64,000 bases of DNA, taken from positions 11,222,001-11,286,000 of the forward strand of contig JBHGNT010000016.1 of assembly GCA_043228905.1 (NCBI GenBank), in the 5' to 3' direction. How positions within the stretch are numbered: the stretch's first letter is position 1; every line of letters begins with the position of its first letter. Shown here in pieces: positions 9,640-24,887 of this stretch. Source of the stretch: Azolla caroliniana (taxonomy: Eukaryota > Plantae > Polypodiophyta). The notes under the pieces were generated by a model. The model saw only the letters and a list, made by a program, of their open reading frames with translations, did no database searches and had not been told where the DNA came from. The position numbers were made by a program, and so were the translations under genes.

Positions 9640-12600
9640 TTCCTCTTCCAATATGTCGAGGATATCCTCTGGGGCGTGGGGTTGGCCTAGTTGCTCAGCA
9701 GGTGGGGTTAGTGATGGAGGTTGTGTTGCCGAATTGGGGATGGCGGTGTCGTCGTGTGTGCCCTCCTCTGTTGGGACCGATTCAGGCAGAGTCGGGGTTA
9801 TAGTCTGTGGCTCCGGTGCGATGTGGGGGTCTGTAAGGGCAAATTCCTCCGGTCTAACTGCCGTGGTGAGTGGCTCGGTTGGGATGTGGAGGTCGATAGG
9901 GGCCGATTGTTCCGGTCGAGCTACCGTGGGGAGTCACTCAGTTCCTTGCTCGGTGGTTGTGGGAGCTCTGTGACTCCCGGTAGTGAGTCGTTCTTCCTCG
10001 TACGCTTCGGCTTCTAAATGAAACACCATTAGATCGTCGTTGAATTCCTCCTAGAGTTGCTCAATGGCCACGGTGTGGGATGTTGCCAAGGTATGATATT
10101 CTTCTGTTAAGTCTTCACGGAGAGTTTGGATGCTGGTGTCATCCATCTTGTAAAACCCTCGTCCCTCCTTCCGTCAGTTCTCAACATCCGCGCGTAGTAT
10201 GTGTAGGTCCACGGCTTGGACTGACTACTCCTGCCAGACATGGTCAAGCGTTTCTTTGATCTTCGTGGTGAATTGCTGGCGATACTTGTGGATTAGGGTC
10301 TTGATTTTGGTATCATCCATGTCGATGCTCGCACGGTGAACTTCCAGTGCCTCCCTTGCAGCCTTGGCTTCGGCTTGGCTTTTGCGGGCGAAGAGTGCTA
10401 AAGTAGCTTGATTATCTTTTGCTTTTTCAGTGATGAGCGCGATGGTCTGCTCATAACGGTTGGTGAGCTGAGCTACAGTTTCGTCCCTTTCCTGTCGCCA
10501 AGCGTCCCGGTGTTGTTCTTTGACGGCGATGTGCTCGGTTTGCAACTGGTGATATGTATCGGAAATTTTTGCTCGTTGCTCCTCCGAGATCCTCCACTTT
10601 TGCATATGTTCATTGGCCATGTCCTGGAAGGCTCTTTGATGACGTTGTAATTCCTGGTTGTCTGCGAGGAGCTCTTGTTCCCGTTGGCTATTCCACTCGA
10701 TTTCTTTGATGAAACGTTCTTTAGCCTCAGTGATAGGGACTTGGAGGGTCATCACCTCTCGTTCTTGTGCTTCAAGCGCGGCCGACCTTTCAGCAAGTAG
10801 TCGCTTGAGGTTCGTTTTGCGGCTCGCGGCTTGTTCCCGTTGCTGGCCAAGAATGTTGTTGTGGTTCTGTTCTGCCAACTTGGCCAGAGCGATCTGGGCC
10901 TGAAGCTCCTCCTGATAGTCCCTAAGGGGAGGTCTTGTCTGGGTTGCCGCTTGCTGGATTTGGGCCGAGGACTCCCTGTCTGTCTGTGTCGCTCGTTCCA
11001 TGACGACCGGAGGTGGTGGCGTTTGCGTGGAGGCTTGGTTGGTTTGGGGGTGCGGGCTGATATCTGCCCGTGACGATGGCTCACTTGTCTGTACCGAGTC
11101 CATCATTGTGCTGGCCTCGACCGTGGCTACCTCAGGGTGGGCAGTGTCGTCTTTGTGTGCGACAGTACCTTCAGCACTTGGGCTCGAGTTTGGAAGAGTG
11201 GCTGGTAGACAACGTCACTTGGCGCAGGGAGGATTAAAGGGCGGTTGTTGCTGCGTGAATGTCGTCAGTTTCTCCTCGGCGGCTTGCCATAGGTCAGTAG
11301 CCCGTTTGGCTTGCTGATGCGCCGTTTTGATCCGTCGGGCCATTTCCGTGGCTGCCCGAGTAGTGTGGTGTAGATTGTGATATGCCTCGACTAAGGCCAT
11401 ATTCAGATCCAGTAGTTCCATGAGGAGCAAAGCATTTTGTACTTGCTTCTTCCGTCCTATCTTCTGTAAGGCTCAATCCTCGTGAGGTTTGATTTCACCC
11501 ATTAGAGCGCGTTGAATCATCTTCGTTTCAGCGTGCTCCTCATCCATACGAGCGACGGCAGCTACTTGGGCACGCGTGAGGAAATCCATTAACTCGTAAG
11601 TTGTGCCCAGTCGAAGTAGTGCACTGAACTCGTATGCCTCCACGGGGAGATCTTTGTAACCGAGGACTTCCTCCTCTGATATCTACGTGGTTTGTCCATG
11701 CTCGACCGTACCGACTTGGAGCCATGACTCCATTGGTACTATGTCCGTGGAGGTGGGGCTGGCCTCTTTTGATTTCTGACACTGGTCACCTTCGGTTTCT
11801 GTGGTTGCCTCTTGAATGATGCGGCGACTTTTTGACGGCTGATCCTGTGCATCTGGGGCCGGTGGTGTTGGCTCCTCGACATGTTTCCTCTTTTGCTGCC
11901 GGATGGCGGAGGGCTGCTGGCTTGTGGGCCGTGGGCTCGGTTGTGGAGAGGTCATTGATGTCCTTGGTGGCCTCTGGCGTATGGTGACATCCTCGGGGAT
12001 GGCCTCCTCGGCCTCATCCCATTCGACACGGATTGCTGTTACTGCCTATTGTTTTTGTGTTTTTGGTGGGGGTGGGGCCGAGGCGGAAGCGGAAGCGGAA
12101 GCGGGGTTCTGAGCGCTTGAGGGAGGTGGAGAAGACGAGGGGTCTTCCCATTCTTCCTGGGTTATCTCCAAAATCTTCTCTCGTTGTTTCCTTGGTGGTG
12201 GTGGAGAGGTCAGGATGCGATGAGGGGAAACCGAAGGAGGTGGGTAGAGGACTGTAAGGAAGTGATTGATCACAGGCAACAAACGCTTACTGGTTTGGAA
12301 GGAGTCGAGCGCTGCGCGGATTCCTTCACCTGTGATGATTCCCCAGTAGATTTTGTTTCCCTCGTAGGCACTGATAATGATCGCCGCTTTGCTCTGTGGC
12401 ATACTTGTAGGGTTGGTATACACGAACGCATACTCCATCAGGATGCGAGCGAGTTCTCTGAATGCCTTGTTGGATCCACCGTAAGTGCGATAGGCTTTAC
12501 CAGATATGGAATACGCACCAAAGTCTTCCTTCAGGGTTGTGGAAGGGGGAATCTCGACTTCATGATCACCTCCTCGCTTCAGGTCTAAGGCAACACGAAT

Positions 12601-12747
12601 CATATTGTTGGTGACTGTGTCCAGGTGAATTTGGCGTGCGACCGCTTGGGCATTAGGGTGTGCAGGGGCATCGATCACCTTTAAATAACCACCCAATCCT
12701 TGTTCCTGAAGCCAGGAGCAGGTTTCCTGTGAAGCTGCAAGAGGCAT
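9640..12747 (-). pseudogene. Element C extra ORF (broken homolog of the element B extra ORF)
   Basis: ORF pieces 12046-12747 and 10225-11106 plus downstream LRADVEN*RKEG align by eye with the element B protein. Confidence 0.8.
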
Positions 12748-15700
12748 AATGGACTCGGGGTTCTACTGTGTGGAAGATTGGGGAAGGAGTATTCGACCAG
12801 GCCGAGACAGAGTGAGGGAAGGAGATGGTTGTGGTGCGGCAAAGGGGCTACGAGGACAAGAGAGGGCTTGTGAGCAAGAGCGGTGGGAGCGATGAACGCG
12901 CTGAGAGCAAGAGGAGTCTTGAGAGTGTGGGAGCGATGAAAGCTAGGTGTGCAAGAAAACGTCTGTGTGTGGGGTGGGCTTGGGGTAACTGTTTTTTAGT
13001 GAATGCCTAGGGTTTTGTGCATGAAGAGGAGCCTGGAGATTCCTGGGCATGGATGCCATAATAGGATATTATGGCCATGTGTCCTAGGGAGTTAGTGCTT
13101 TGCCTTGGATGTTGTGCATGTGCCTTTAAATACCTAAGTGAATGTGAAAGTGGCTAATGTGTGCCTCCAAACATGACGTGATTTGGGTGATGTGGTAAGT
13201 GGTGTAGGTGGAACTAACTAATTCCTAAAACTATGCCTAATCCTACCTAATGTCTACTTTGGAATGTTGGTGGGTTCTTACCGAGGGGACGCGTGGCCTC
13301 CTTCGTGGCATTGTCCGTGTCATGAGACTCGGCGAAAGGGTTGGCTGGGGTATTTCCCTGGTACGGTCGCAGTCGGAATCCATTCACCCAGCTTTTGACA
13401 ATTTCCAAAAGGGGCCGAGCTAGAACGTGCCATTAAACTCGTCAATAATCCAGAAGGGGTCAGTCCATCGAAATCGTAACTTTCCAGGCATAGTGTCGAG
13501 TCACGTCTGGAAAACGAGGACCGGTTTGCCGATGGTCAGTTCTTGTTCCAATCCTTTCCGATGTCGGTCCACAAAGGCTTTCCGTTGTTGTTGACGCTGT
13601 TCAAGTTGGGCCTTGCTCGCTACTTGGTCCTCGCCAAGTTCGAGGATTTGTTCCAGCCTCAATTGTTCGGATTGGGCCTCAGGGAACTGTGCTTTAACTT
13701 AAACTCGGAGACTCGGAACTTGGAACTCGATGGGCATAACGGCTTCGAGACCAAAAGCCATCTGAAAGGGGGTGGATTGAGTGCTCATTTTGAATGTAGT
13801 GCGATAAGCCCATAGTGCACTCTGGAGCTTGTCATCCCAATCGGTGCGGTTCTCGTTGACGATCTTCTTCAGGATTGTTTGATTCTGCCAATCCGTTTGC
13901 CTGCGGGTAATATGGTGTACTTTTCTTATGTACCACCGGGTAGTGTGTCGTAAGCTCGCGTATTATATGATTTATAAAGTGCCCACCTTGGTCACTAACG
14001 AGCTCAATTGGGCATCCATAACGGCACCAGAGATGTTCGTACATGAATTTGGCCGTGGATGCTACCGTGTTGTCTCGTAGAGCCTTTGCCTCGACCCATT
14101 TTGTGCAGTAGTCCGTGGCCACGATGATATACTTATTACCGGTTCGGGCCGCGGCTGGTTTGAAGGGTCCCACAAAATCTAACCCCCAATTTTGAAATGG
14201 TTCCAATGGAAGAATGGGTTGGTGTGGCATTCGAGCTTGTTCCATCGGCTGTCCCAACCGTTGGCACAAGTCGCACTATTGGCAGAACTCGTGGGCATCC
14301 TTTTTCATTGTAGGCCACCATAACCCACTTTGCCATACTTTCCTTGCCGTGGACTCTCTGGCGTAGTGTCCGCCGGCGACTCCTAGGTGGGCCTCTTGGA
14401 GGATGGCCTTCTTCTCAAACTGCCCGACACCATATTCTGTCCGAGCCTTTGTGGTAGAGGATGTCGAAAACGAGACAAAAGTTGCAGCTACGTACTGCGA
14501 GTCGTTTCCGTACATCAAGGGCCATGTGATCGGGAGGCAAGCCCGTACTAAGGAAATGGGTCATCTCCGTGATCCATTCATCTTCTTTGTCGTCTTGTAG
14601 CGTTGTGAGATGAAATAGGCCGGCATCGGGAAATTGTCATACGTGGGCTCGGCAGGGTTTCCTGACTCGAGGCGGCTTAGGTAGTCAGCGACGGCGTGTT
14701 GGACTCCGGGTCGATGCTGTATATGAAAATCAAAATCTTGTAATAGGAGCATCCATCAAGCCAGTCTACCTGTCAGGGCTTGTTTATTGACCAGGTAAAG
14801 GAGGGCCGAGTGATCGACGTGAAATGTGAATTTTCGGCCTAAGAGGTAATGCCAAAATTTACTGATGCTGTAGATCATACCGAGGGCCTCTCGTTTGGTG
14901 GTTGAATAGTTCTTTTCCGTGGCTGAGAGACGTCGGCTAGCATAATACACTGGCCGATACCAATTTGGGGGCGTGCATTGCATAAGATCGCTCCCAATGG
15001 CGATATCTGACGCATCCACGAAGACGTCAAAAGGTTCCGACCATATCGGGGGTTGTACAACCGGGGCATGCGAGAGCATTAATTTCAATCCATGGTAAGC
15101 CTCGTCCTCGATTGACGTCCATTGAAAGGGGAGTCGATGCACCGCCACGTGTATGTGTTGTCGCGAAATCGGCCAGGTGGCATATCATCCGGCTATGCCA
15201 TCTGATTTGTCCCAGAAATTGGCTGAGGCCTTTTGCGTTCGAGGGTGCAGGGGTGTTTAGGAAGGCTTGTACTTTATCCGGGTCCATGGCGATACCTTCT
15301 TAACTGACGATATGCCCGAGTAGGTTGCCACTTGTGACCAAGAACGCGCATTTTGCTGGGTTTAAACTTAACCGAGCTTGGCGACATCGATCAAGACAAA
15401 GACGTAACTGGGTCATGTGTTCCAGACGCTGACCATATACGGCGAAGTCATCGAGAAAGACTTGCATGAACGCCAAGATATACTCGTTGAAAATTTCGGT
15501 GATGATGTGCTGGAACGTGGCCGGCGCCGTTTAAAACCGAACATCATTACTTCTGCCATGAAAACACCCCATTCCGTGACAAATGTTGTTTTCTCCTGAT
15601 CATCCGGGTGCATTCGGATTTGGTTGTAACCACTGAACCCGTCTAGAAAGCTGTAGCATTCATGACCTGCCACCGTGTCGAAAACGCTATCCGTGAACGG

Positions 15701-18309
15701 GAGAGGGAATCCATCTGTGACCATTGCAGCATTAAGCTTGCGGTAGTCGACACAGACTTGGATTTTCCCGTTTTTCTTGGGGACGACTACGATTGGGCTT
15801 AACCATGTGGTATGTTTTACAGGTCGTATGAACCCGACTCGGAGGAGTTTGTCTATTTCTTCCTTGACCTCAGCTGCATAATTGGGGTTCATCCGGTATC
15901 GTCTTTGCTGAACCGACCGAGCATCGTGGAGAAGATGGATCTGGTGTTGGTAGTATTGAGGGTCCAAACCCTTCATATCCGTGTAAGACCAGGCGAATAC
16001 ATCCTGGTAATCGGTGAGTAAGTGTATGAGGGTTGCTCGTTCGCCGGCTGGTAAGTTATTAGCAATCTGTAGGGTGCGAGGGTTCTCGTCCGAACCGAGG
16101 ATTAGTGTTTCGAGCGTTGATGCCTTTACTCGTTGGGAGATGGCGAGTTCACGTTCAAAAGCATCTCGAGCGTGTCGTAATTCTGCGATGGTGGTGGGAT
16201 CGAGCTCATCCTCGGGAGGTGTATTCACCGTGACATCCTCGTCTAGAGGTGTGCCGACGGCCGTCATGGCGTCGATTTCGAAGAGAGGTATGATAGTGGG
16301 ATGGTCTTCTAGGAAGTCATCCACCTCGTCATCGGCTAACCCGTCGAGCATGTGCACCCCTTCCACATATAATGGTGAGGTGTTGTGGGGCGTGGTTACA
16401 CGTTCTTCGGTTATGGTCCAAACCTTGGTCTTTCCTCGACGAAACGAGATCATGTTGCGCTGCCAATGTTGTTTGATATTTGTTGTGCGCAACCATGGTC
16501 TTCCCAGTAACATTGGGTAAGCCCCCTATGCTTCGAGTCGTAATACAACGGCCGAGATAATGAACGTGTGGCCTTCGAGAATAAAGTCGAGGTGGCGGAT
16601 TAATCCGATGGGGCGAACCGATCGTGTGTTGGTCATCCGAAGCCAAAAGGGGCAAGGTTCCCATTGATTCATGCCGAGTTTATGACAAGTAGCCTCGCTG
16701 ATGACATTCACGCTAGAGCCACCGTCGATTATGCACCCATGCAGGTCCCTTCCTTTAATCATAATTTTTATGGCGGGATTCTATGCATACATGAGGGGTG
16801 GACCCGTTTCTGGCTCGATCAGGTGCACAGGTGGTGCTGTGGAATGGGTGTTGGCCATGAGTGTAGCCAAGGTGTCTCGAAACCACGGCATGAGTGGTAA
16901 GAGTTTATGCAGAGGCAAGGAGATCTTGGAACTGGTAAGGGCGTCCCATAGCTGGTCATCTTCTGTCGACGTGGATGGTGCCGAGGACGGTGTTGCTCCG
17001 ATGGTCACGTCTCCCATTTCTGTTTGCATCCGCACCACATTGTTTTTGTCGGCCGTATCCATCCATTCTTTGGCTGCTTGCCGGACTTCATCTTGCACTT
17101 GCCATGGGGTAGCCTAGGTTTTGCTGCGTGTTGTGACGTTTTGCATGTCGGCCATAATACTATTCATGGCAGGAACCTTTCCGCGGTCTATTGTTGGGCA
17201 TTGCGTAGCGTAGTGACCGGGTTGGTCGCACTTGAAGCAGGTAACGGCGGCCGAGTTGCTGGTGCCAGCCCGATCTATGTGTGTGGGGGGGTGCGGTTGA
17301 TTCCCAGCCTCGTGTGTTGGTAGGTTGGTCCAGGGCGCATTCGAGCTGTGATGTTCATTTTGCGGGGGGTCCTGACGACGGTTGTCGTTATTCCTTCTGT
17401 TGTTGCATGATCCTCGGTGAGAGTTGCGCCGATTATTACGAGAATTTCGCTGATCGTATCGGTCCTCCCGATCATCTTCATTCCGATCATAATCGTCGTT
17501 TGCCCGATACTAGTCATCGTGATAGCGATCGCAACGGTCGTCCGATCTCCATCAGTTGTTGTTTTGGTAACGGTTGTCGTCCTGACGGTAATCGTTGTCA
17601 TGGCGCTGTCTATCCGGCGATCGGGGTCGTTGGTTACCTTGGTTCCGGTTGGATTGTCGCTCATCCTGACGAGAGTATGTATCTCTGGGCTCGATCTGGC
17701 GAACCGGGGCCGTCGTTGTGCGATTGAGCATATTGTATTCACAATGCGCGACAGTGTGAGATCAGGACTGGCAAATCGGACACTGTGGCCGATGACGACA
17801 TTCGAGGGCTAGATCATTACGAGAATTTCGTTGATCGTATCGGTTCTCTCGATCATCTTCATTTCGATCATAATCGTCGTTTGCCCGATATTGGTCATTG
17901 TGATAGCGATCGCGGCGGTCATCCGTGTTAAACTCAGTGGTCGGCCACAACCGAGGAATAGGATTAACTCACAGAAAACAGGAAATACAAAATGCACGAA
18001 GACAATAGAGAGAAGGGTACACAGGATATTTTACGTGGAAAACCCTAAGTGGGAAAAAACCACGGGAGTCCTCAAACTCCAACTATCACTACAAACATAG
18101 ATGTACAATGGTGAAGCTACAAGGCAAACAACCTTGAGCTCACTGTCTTCGCCACAGGCGGCGGTAATACACAGAGGCAACGACCTCTTCGTCTCACTCT
18201 CTCTCTCTCTCTCTCTCTGCTGCTCTCTTCACTCTCTCTCTCTCGGCTGCTCTCTTCACTCTTGCACACATAAGAGTGGCAATACACAATAAGCAACAAC
18301 ATACATCAG

Positions 18310-18728
18310 TGTTACCGGCCGGCAAGGAGTCCAAAATACGGAGTGAAGGAATTAATTATATATGGTTGTAAATGAGCATAGTGTGGACGGACGGACTGGA
18401 AACGGTATGCCGTTCCAGATCCGGACGGATCCCGAATAGGTGCGATAGGCACCGTTTTGTACTACGGGCCGGAAACCTATTTAAAGGCCTGGACCCCATT
18501 GTAATGGCAGCGGATAATTAATAGAGCTTATGATGTTTATACTTCTGTCTTGATTTCCGTTCTGTAATTACTGTTATATCTTACGCGTGTAATTAACCAA
18601 AGCACTCTAATCGTGTAACCTACGTAAGTCGGTGTAATCGTTGAATCTTAATCCTATGCCGTAATCACCCTTTGGTGAAGTGTCTCCGTGACACCTTGTG
18701 TTAGGCCTTGTCCGGCTAGAGTGTAACA
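18310..18728 (+). repeat. Element B 5' LTR
   Basis: TGTTAC...GTAACA inverted termini, TATTTAAA box. Confidence 0.95.
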
Positions 18729-18779
18729 CAGTTTTGGCGACCACGATTCCTGCGTTCTCGCAGCGAACGACGGTAATGG

Positions 18780-21700
18780 ATGACTAGACCAACGCACGAC
18801 TTGGTTACGGACCGAGCTCGACGCCTCGCCGAACGGCAAAGACGGCGTGAGACTTTCCAGCAAGCAGCGCAGGAAATTCGCTCGGATCGTTCGTTCTCCA
18901 ACGAGATCCGGAGAGTCGCGGAGGAATCTCTCCGGTTACGGCAAACTCGCGACCAGGACGACGGAAGCAGTCTAAGTAGTCTCCGGGAAACCGAACGCCT
19001 CCTGGAGGCACTGGCAAGCGGAGAAAACGAGGCAGAAGCCTTTTCAGCCTACGAATCGGATTCCGAAGGGGGATACAGCGTGCACACGAACTATCGGAGC
19101 AGCAACGATACCCCCGGCGGCCCGGAGGACGATGGGTCGAATACCGTGCCAACTCCAGAACCGGAACCGCTCAACCAGGGCTATCCGGAACCACAAACGG
19201 AAGCCGTCAACCCACCAACACCGGAAGTGGAAGAAGCAAAGCCACCGACACCAAAGAAAGAGCCGGCAAAAGTACCGGAAGGAGAGCCGGAAAAGGAACC
19301 GGAAAAAGCACCGGCAAAAGAACCGGAAGTGGAACCGGAGAGAAAACCGGAAAGATATCAACAAACGCCGCTAAACCGCGGCCTAATACTGGACGACGAC
19401 ATGCCGTTCCAATACTCAAAGTATCGCGATGATCCGGACGCGGAAGCGCATGTTCATGACTTCGAGCAGACATGGGAAGCAAATCACACGTCCCAGCGAA
19501 TGACACCGGAGGAAGAAGAACGCTCGAAGATAGCGGAATTCGGAGTCACGTTGGAGGGACCAGCGACACGATGGCGGCGGACGCAGGACCCGGCGACCAT
19601 CACAACCTTTGCAGAATTAAAAGCAAAATTCTTGCATTTTTTCCACAAGGAGGTCGACCAGACGACAATGGTGGGCCTGTTTTATACGATCTGACAGGAG
19701 GCAGGGGAAAGCAGTCCCCAATTCGTCATCCGTTTCCAACGAATGCATAGCCAGCTTGCCCGTGCACCCCCGGAGGAGGAATTACGGACGATATTTTTAA
19801 ACGCACTCCGGGAACCGTTACGCACGGTGTGTACGGTGATCGACTTTCGAGGATGCACCATCGACCAGGTCATTGACCGGGTCAGAGAAATGGAAAAGTC
19901 AAGCTCATGGCTTACGCTGGGAACGCTGCAACGGGCGTTACCCACCGAGGAAGATCTCCGGTTCCGGCAGGCAATTCAATGCACAATCTGCTTGAATGCC
20001 GGACACTCGGCAGTGGAGTGCACCATGCGAACCCAGTGTGTGATTTGTCAATCCAAGAGTCATACAACGGACCGGTGCGAGTATAACCTGTTAAACCGAC
20101 AAGCACCACCCGTCCGACGGATCGAGCCAAGAAGCAGCCGAGACGAAGAGGACTATCGTTGGCAAAGAATGAACCGGTACCAACCGGCACAGGATGTCCG
20201 GTACGGAGACAGACAAGAGAATGATGGCCGGTACGGGAATCGGCGTGATAACTACGACCGGTATGATCGATCGGACCGTTATCGGGAACCCAACAGATGA
20301 CACGAGCAATACGACAGAGACCATTCCCCTGGTTACCGAAGGCACCAGGAGGACTACGACCGATTTTACGATCCACCACGACCGGACTACCGAAATAAAA
20401 AGAATAATAAGAAACGCAATTTCAAGTAAGGTGGTCACACTAGGGACCCGGAACAGGGAACCCCAAGGAGCCAACCGGCACAGAACGCACCACTCACTAC
20501 GGGACCGACTCCGGATACCAGCAAAGCTGAATCCAGCAATACTCGTAAAGAATACTGCTATTACTGCAGGCAGGAAGGCCACTACAGTAACCAGTGCCCG
20601 GCAAAGAGCTACGATAAACGACCAGCAGTTAATATGGTGGTTCCGGAAGTGGCGGATTTACAGCAAGTAACCACACGGTCGAAAGGCATGGCCAAAGAGT
20701 GGGAAACACAAGAGGCCATACGAAAGCAGGCGACGGAATGGGTGAAGGAAGCCAATGAGAGGAACGTCGCGGACGCGGAACGGCAAAAGGCAAATACCAT
20801 AGGGAGTGCCGGCGGTAGCCACCCAGAAAACGAGACATGGCAAGCACTGCAAGAATGTCAGATCACATTGCCATTAGGAAGACTCTTACAGCTCGTGCCG
20901 CGATTTACGGAAGGGCAAAAAACGGTCATGACAGACGGTATAGCCCCACCGGCACCAGTCCTTTTCTCGAATCCGGAGGAGGGACCGACGGTGGTGGACA
21001 CAAGTAGTCCGGTGATTACAGCTATTGTCAAAGGGCACGAACTTCCCGGCACAGTAATCGATGGAGGTTCCGGGGTGAACGTAATAAGCCTCCGCACGTG
21101 TGATGCCTTGGGTATACATGAATGGGAGCCATGTCCGTTCTGGCTACGGATGGCGGATACGAGCTCTGTACGGCCAACGGGCTTAATACGGAAACTGGAA
21201 GTCACCATAGGAGGCCACACATTTCACATCTCGGCTGTAGTGCTGCAGCTACAGGCGCAAGGCGCGTACCCACTGTTGCTGGGCAGACCATGGTTGAAAA
21301 CAGCACACATCAAGCAAAATTGGCGGAAAAATATGATTACCTTCCGGCGCGGAAAAGCCAAGGTCCGGGTTCCAACACAACCACGGACGAGCAACGGTAA
21401 GGAATGCACACCGCTATATGCGGAATGCGTGAACATGCTTGAAGGGTTGGCAGACGACGAAGAAGCCCAGTACTTGGAGGAACACCCAAAGATCGTACCA
21501 CTCTTCGAGATTGACGTGGCTGAAGCCGTAGCGCCATACTTGCCGCAACGGGACGAAACTGAAGCCGAACCAGACAAAGATGCGATTCGGGAATTACGGC
21601 AAGCACAGGAAGCGTTGGAACGGGAAATGGCCGTTTCCCAACGGGTAAAAACATCCCAGCTCGACGAAGTGAACCTAGGAAGCAAGGACGAATCAAAGCC

Positions 21701-24515
21701 GGTACACATCGCCAAAGAAATGAAGCCGGAAGATAAAGCGGCGATGATCAAACTTCTCACGGAGTTTCGCGACGTATTCGCCTGGTCATACGAGGACATG
21801 CGAGGGCTGGACCCTCAATTATATCAGCATCAGATCCACTTAGGCAAGGACGCGAAACCAGTGGCGCAACGACGTTACCGAATGAACCCCAACTACGCCG
21901 CCAAAGTGAAGGAGGAAATCGACAAACTCCTAAGAGTGGGCTTCATCCGGCCGGTAAAGAAAGCGACGTGGCTGAGCCCCATCGTCGTCGTCCCAAAGAA
22001 GAACGGTAAAATCCGCGTGTGTGTAGATTACAGGAAATTAAATGCAGCCACAGTTACGGATGCATTCCCTCTTCCGTTCACGGATGGAGTACTGGATGCC
22101 GTCGCCGGCCATGAAGTTTATAGCTTTCTAGACGGGTTCAGCGGTTACAATCAAATCCGGATGCACCCGGACGACCAGGAGAAGACAGCGTTCGTCACCG
22201 AATGGGGGGTGTTTGTGGCCGAAGTCATGATGTTCGGCCTAAAAACGGCACCAGCAACGTTCCAGCGAATCATCATGGAGATCTTCGGCGAATATATTCC
22301 TGCCTTCATGCAAGTTTTCCTGGATGATTTTGCAGTCTATAGCCGGGGAAAAGACCATTTGCAGCACCTACGGTTATGCCTTGAAAAGTGTAGGTTATAC
22401 CGGCTAAGCTTAAACCCAGCAAAATGCATCTTTGGAGTTTCAAGTGGAATATTGTTGGGACACATTGTAAGTAAGGAGGGCATTGCGGTCGACCCGGACA
22501 AAGTAAACGCGATACTAGGGGCACCGGCGCCAAAAACGGCCAAAGCACTAAGCCGATTCTTAGGACAGATCCGGTGGCACAGCCGGATGCTCCGTCACTT
22601 GGCTGACTTGGCTACACCATTACACACCGCGGTACATCGGACACCGTTCCAATGGACAGATACGGAGGATAAGGCATACAATGCCCTGAAGGTACTTTTG
22701 TCGCAAGCACCCGTCGTGCAGCCTCCGGATTGGAGCAAGGAATTTCACGTGTTCGTTGACGCGTCCGACATCGCTATTGGCAGCGCCTTAATGCAACTTA
22801 CGGAGCCTAAATGGTACCGGCCGGTCTATTACGCCAGCCGGAAGCTGTCCCAAGCGGAGAAGAACTATTCGACGACGGAACGGGAGGCCCTGGGCATGAT
22901 CTACAGTGTCACAAAGTTTCGGCATTACCTATTGGGAAGGAAGTTCTCCTTTCATGTGGATCACTCGGCGCTCCTGTACTTAGTGTCCAAGGCGTCCCTA
23001 ACCGGTAAGTTGGCCCGTTGGACCTTGCTGTTGCAGGAGTTCGAATTCGAGATCTTCCACCGGCCCGGTATCCAGCATGCCGTAGCAGACTATCTGAGCC
23101 GGTTAGAGTCCGGAGAAGCAGGCGACGGAGTAGCGGATGAATTTCCGGACGCAGAGTTATTCCGTATCACCCCGGAAACGGCAGCGGACGACACGGTGGC
23201 ATCAGAAGATAGGTGGCTGACAAACATGCACCAGTTCCTAAGCACGGGCCTGCCACCGGAGGAAATGAACCGGGACGAGAGGAAACGACTGGCGGTGCAG
23301 AGCCGCAATTTCTGTCTGTTACGGGACACTCTCTACCACAAAGGAGCAGATGGAATATGGAGACGGGCAGTCCGTAGTGACGAGAAAGAAGTAATCTTAC
23401 GGGAAGCACACTGTGGGGTTGCCGGAGGACACTATGCCGGGGAAGCGACGGCAAGGAAAGTATGGCAGAGCGGCTTATGGTGGCCCACGACGTTAAAAGA
23501 CGCCGTCAAGTATGCTAAGGAATGCGACCTATGCCAACGAATGGGCCAGCCTACGGAGCAAGCACGGATGCCACACCAACCGGTACTTCCACTAGAGCCA
23601 TTCCAGAAGTGGGGGTTGGATTTTGTCGGACCGTTCAAGCCACCGGCAATGTGAACAGCAAAATTCCTGTACGAGAACATTTGGTGCCGATATGGATGTC
23701 TGATTGAATTAATCAGCGACCAAGGAGGGCACTTCCTCGGCCAGGTAGTGGAAAGCTTAACAACGTTCTATGCCGTGGTCCATAAACGGAGCACACCGTA
23801 CTACCCACAAGCGAACGGGTTAGCAGAGTCCACCAACAAAACGCTGCAGAACATTCTCCGCAAAATCGTCAATGAAAACCGGACGGACTGGGATACAAAG
23901 CTCCATAGCACGCTATGGGCGTACCGAACGGCATACAAAACAAGTATCCGGACAACGCCGTTCCGGCTAGCGTTCGGCTTAGAGGCGGTCATGTCGGTGG
24001 AATTTCAGGTACCAAGCTTACGGATCCAACTACGGGAGCGGCTGAATGAAAAGGAGTCAGAGGAAATGCGGCTAGCAGCACTATTCGAACTGGAGGAGCA
24101 ACGGCTGGCCAACATCCTACACATGGAACTGGAGCAACGACGACGGAAAGCGTTCGTTGATCGTCACCGGAAAGGTAATGAGAAGATGTTCGAAATCGGA
24201 AAGCCGGTGCTAGTATTCCAAACAAGGATGGGCAAGATGCCGGGTAAACTCCGGTTTAGATGGACCGGCCCGTATTGGCTGACACGGGAATACAACGGGT
24301 CCTATCAGATAGGGACACTTGTCGGTGAAGTACTAGGCAAGTGGGTGAACGGATTTAGACTAAAGCCCTATAAAGGACCGATGCCAAGTAACCCGTTTAT
24401 GCCGCCCACCGGCACTATACCGGGAACGGTACGGCTGGAAGAAAAAGACGACGGGGAAGACACGGCAACCCGTAAGGAAAACGGTAAGGGTCCAAAGGGA
24501 CCTACGGATGTGTAA
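18780..24515 (+). pseudogene. Element B gag-pol (gag through RNase H in one frame; three in-frame stops in gag, deletion in integrase)
   Basis: ORFs at 18780, 19743 and 20634 share a frame. Three CCHC knuckles, PR VIDGGSGVN, RT FLDDF, RH VDASD, INT HHCC. About 30 codons of the integrase core (present in element C as RTGNKYIIVATDYCTKWVEA) are missing near 23651. Confidence 0.9.
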
Positions 24516-24887
24516 GATCACATACCGTCAAAAAAAAATAAAAATAAAAATAAAAAAAAATCATTAAAAATCGAGGTATGAACGGACGTGAAAGCAAGGA
24601 GCGAAAAGGTACGAAGTGGGCATTTAAGAGCCGCCATGTTACTTAATACTAAATTGGTACACGACGTGTGCATGCTCGAAAAAGGCGCCAAAACGCATAG
24701 AGAAAAAGAAGAGCGCATGGAGACCTTCTTTTTTCGCGAGCCAAGAAGCACAGAAGCACCAAGGCAGTGGAAGCTTAGCAAACGCGAACCTGCACTCAGA
24801 GAACCCCCGCGTTCAGAACGCTCTCTCTCTCGCTCTCACTCTCATCACCACTCTACCTCGCCATCTTTCCTCGACCTCGAAGCAGAC

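Noticed and set aside
24588-24887. N-terminal 100 codons of the 980-aa ORF
   Set aside because: Non-ATG start in the spacer region; homology with element C begins at the ATG at 24888.
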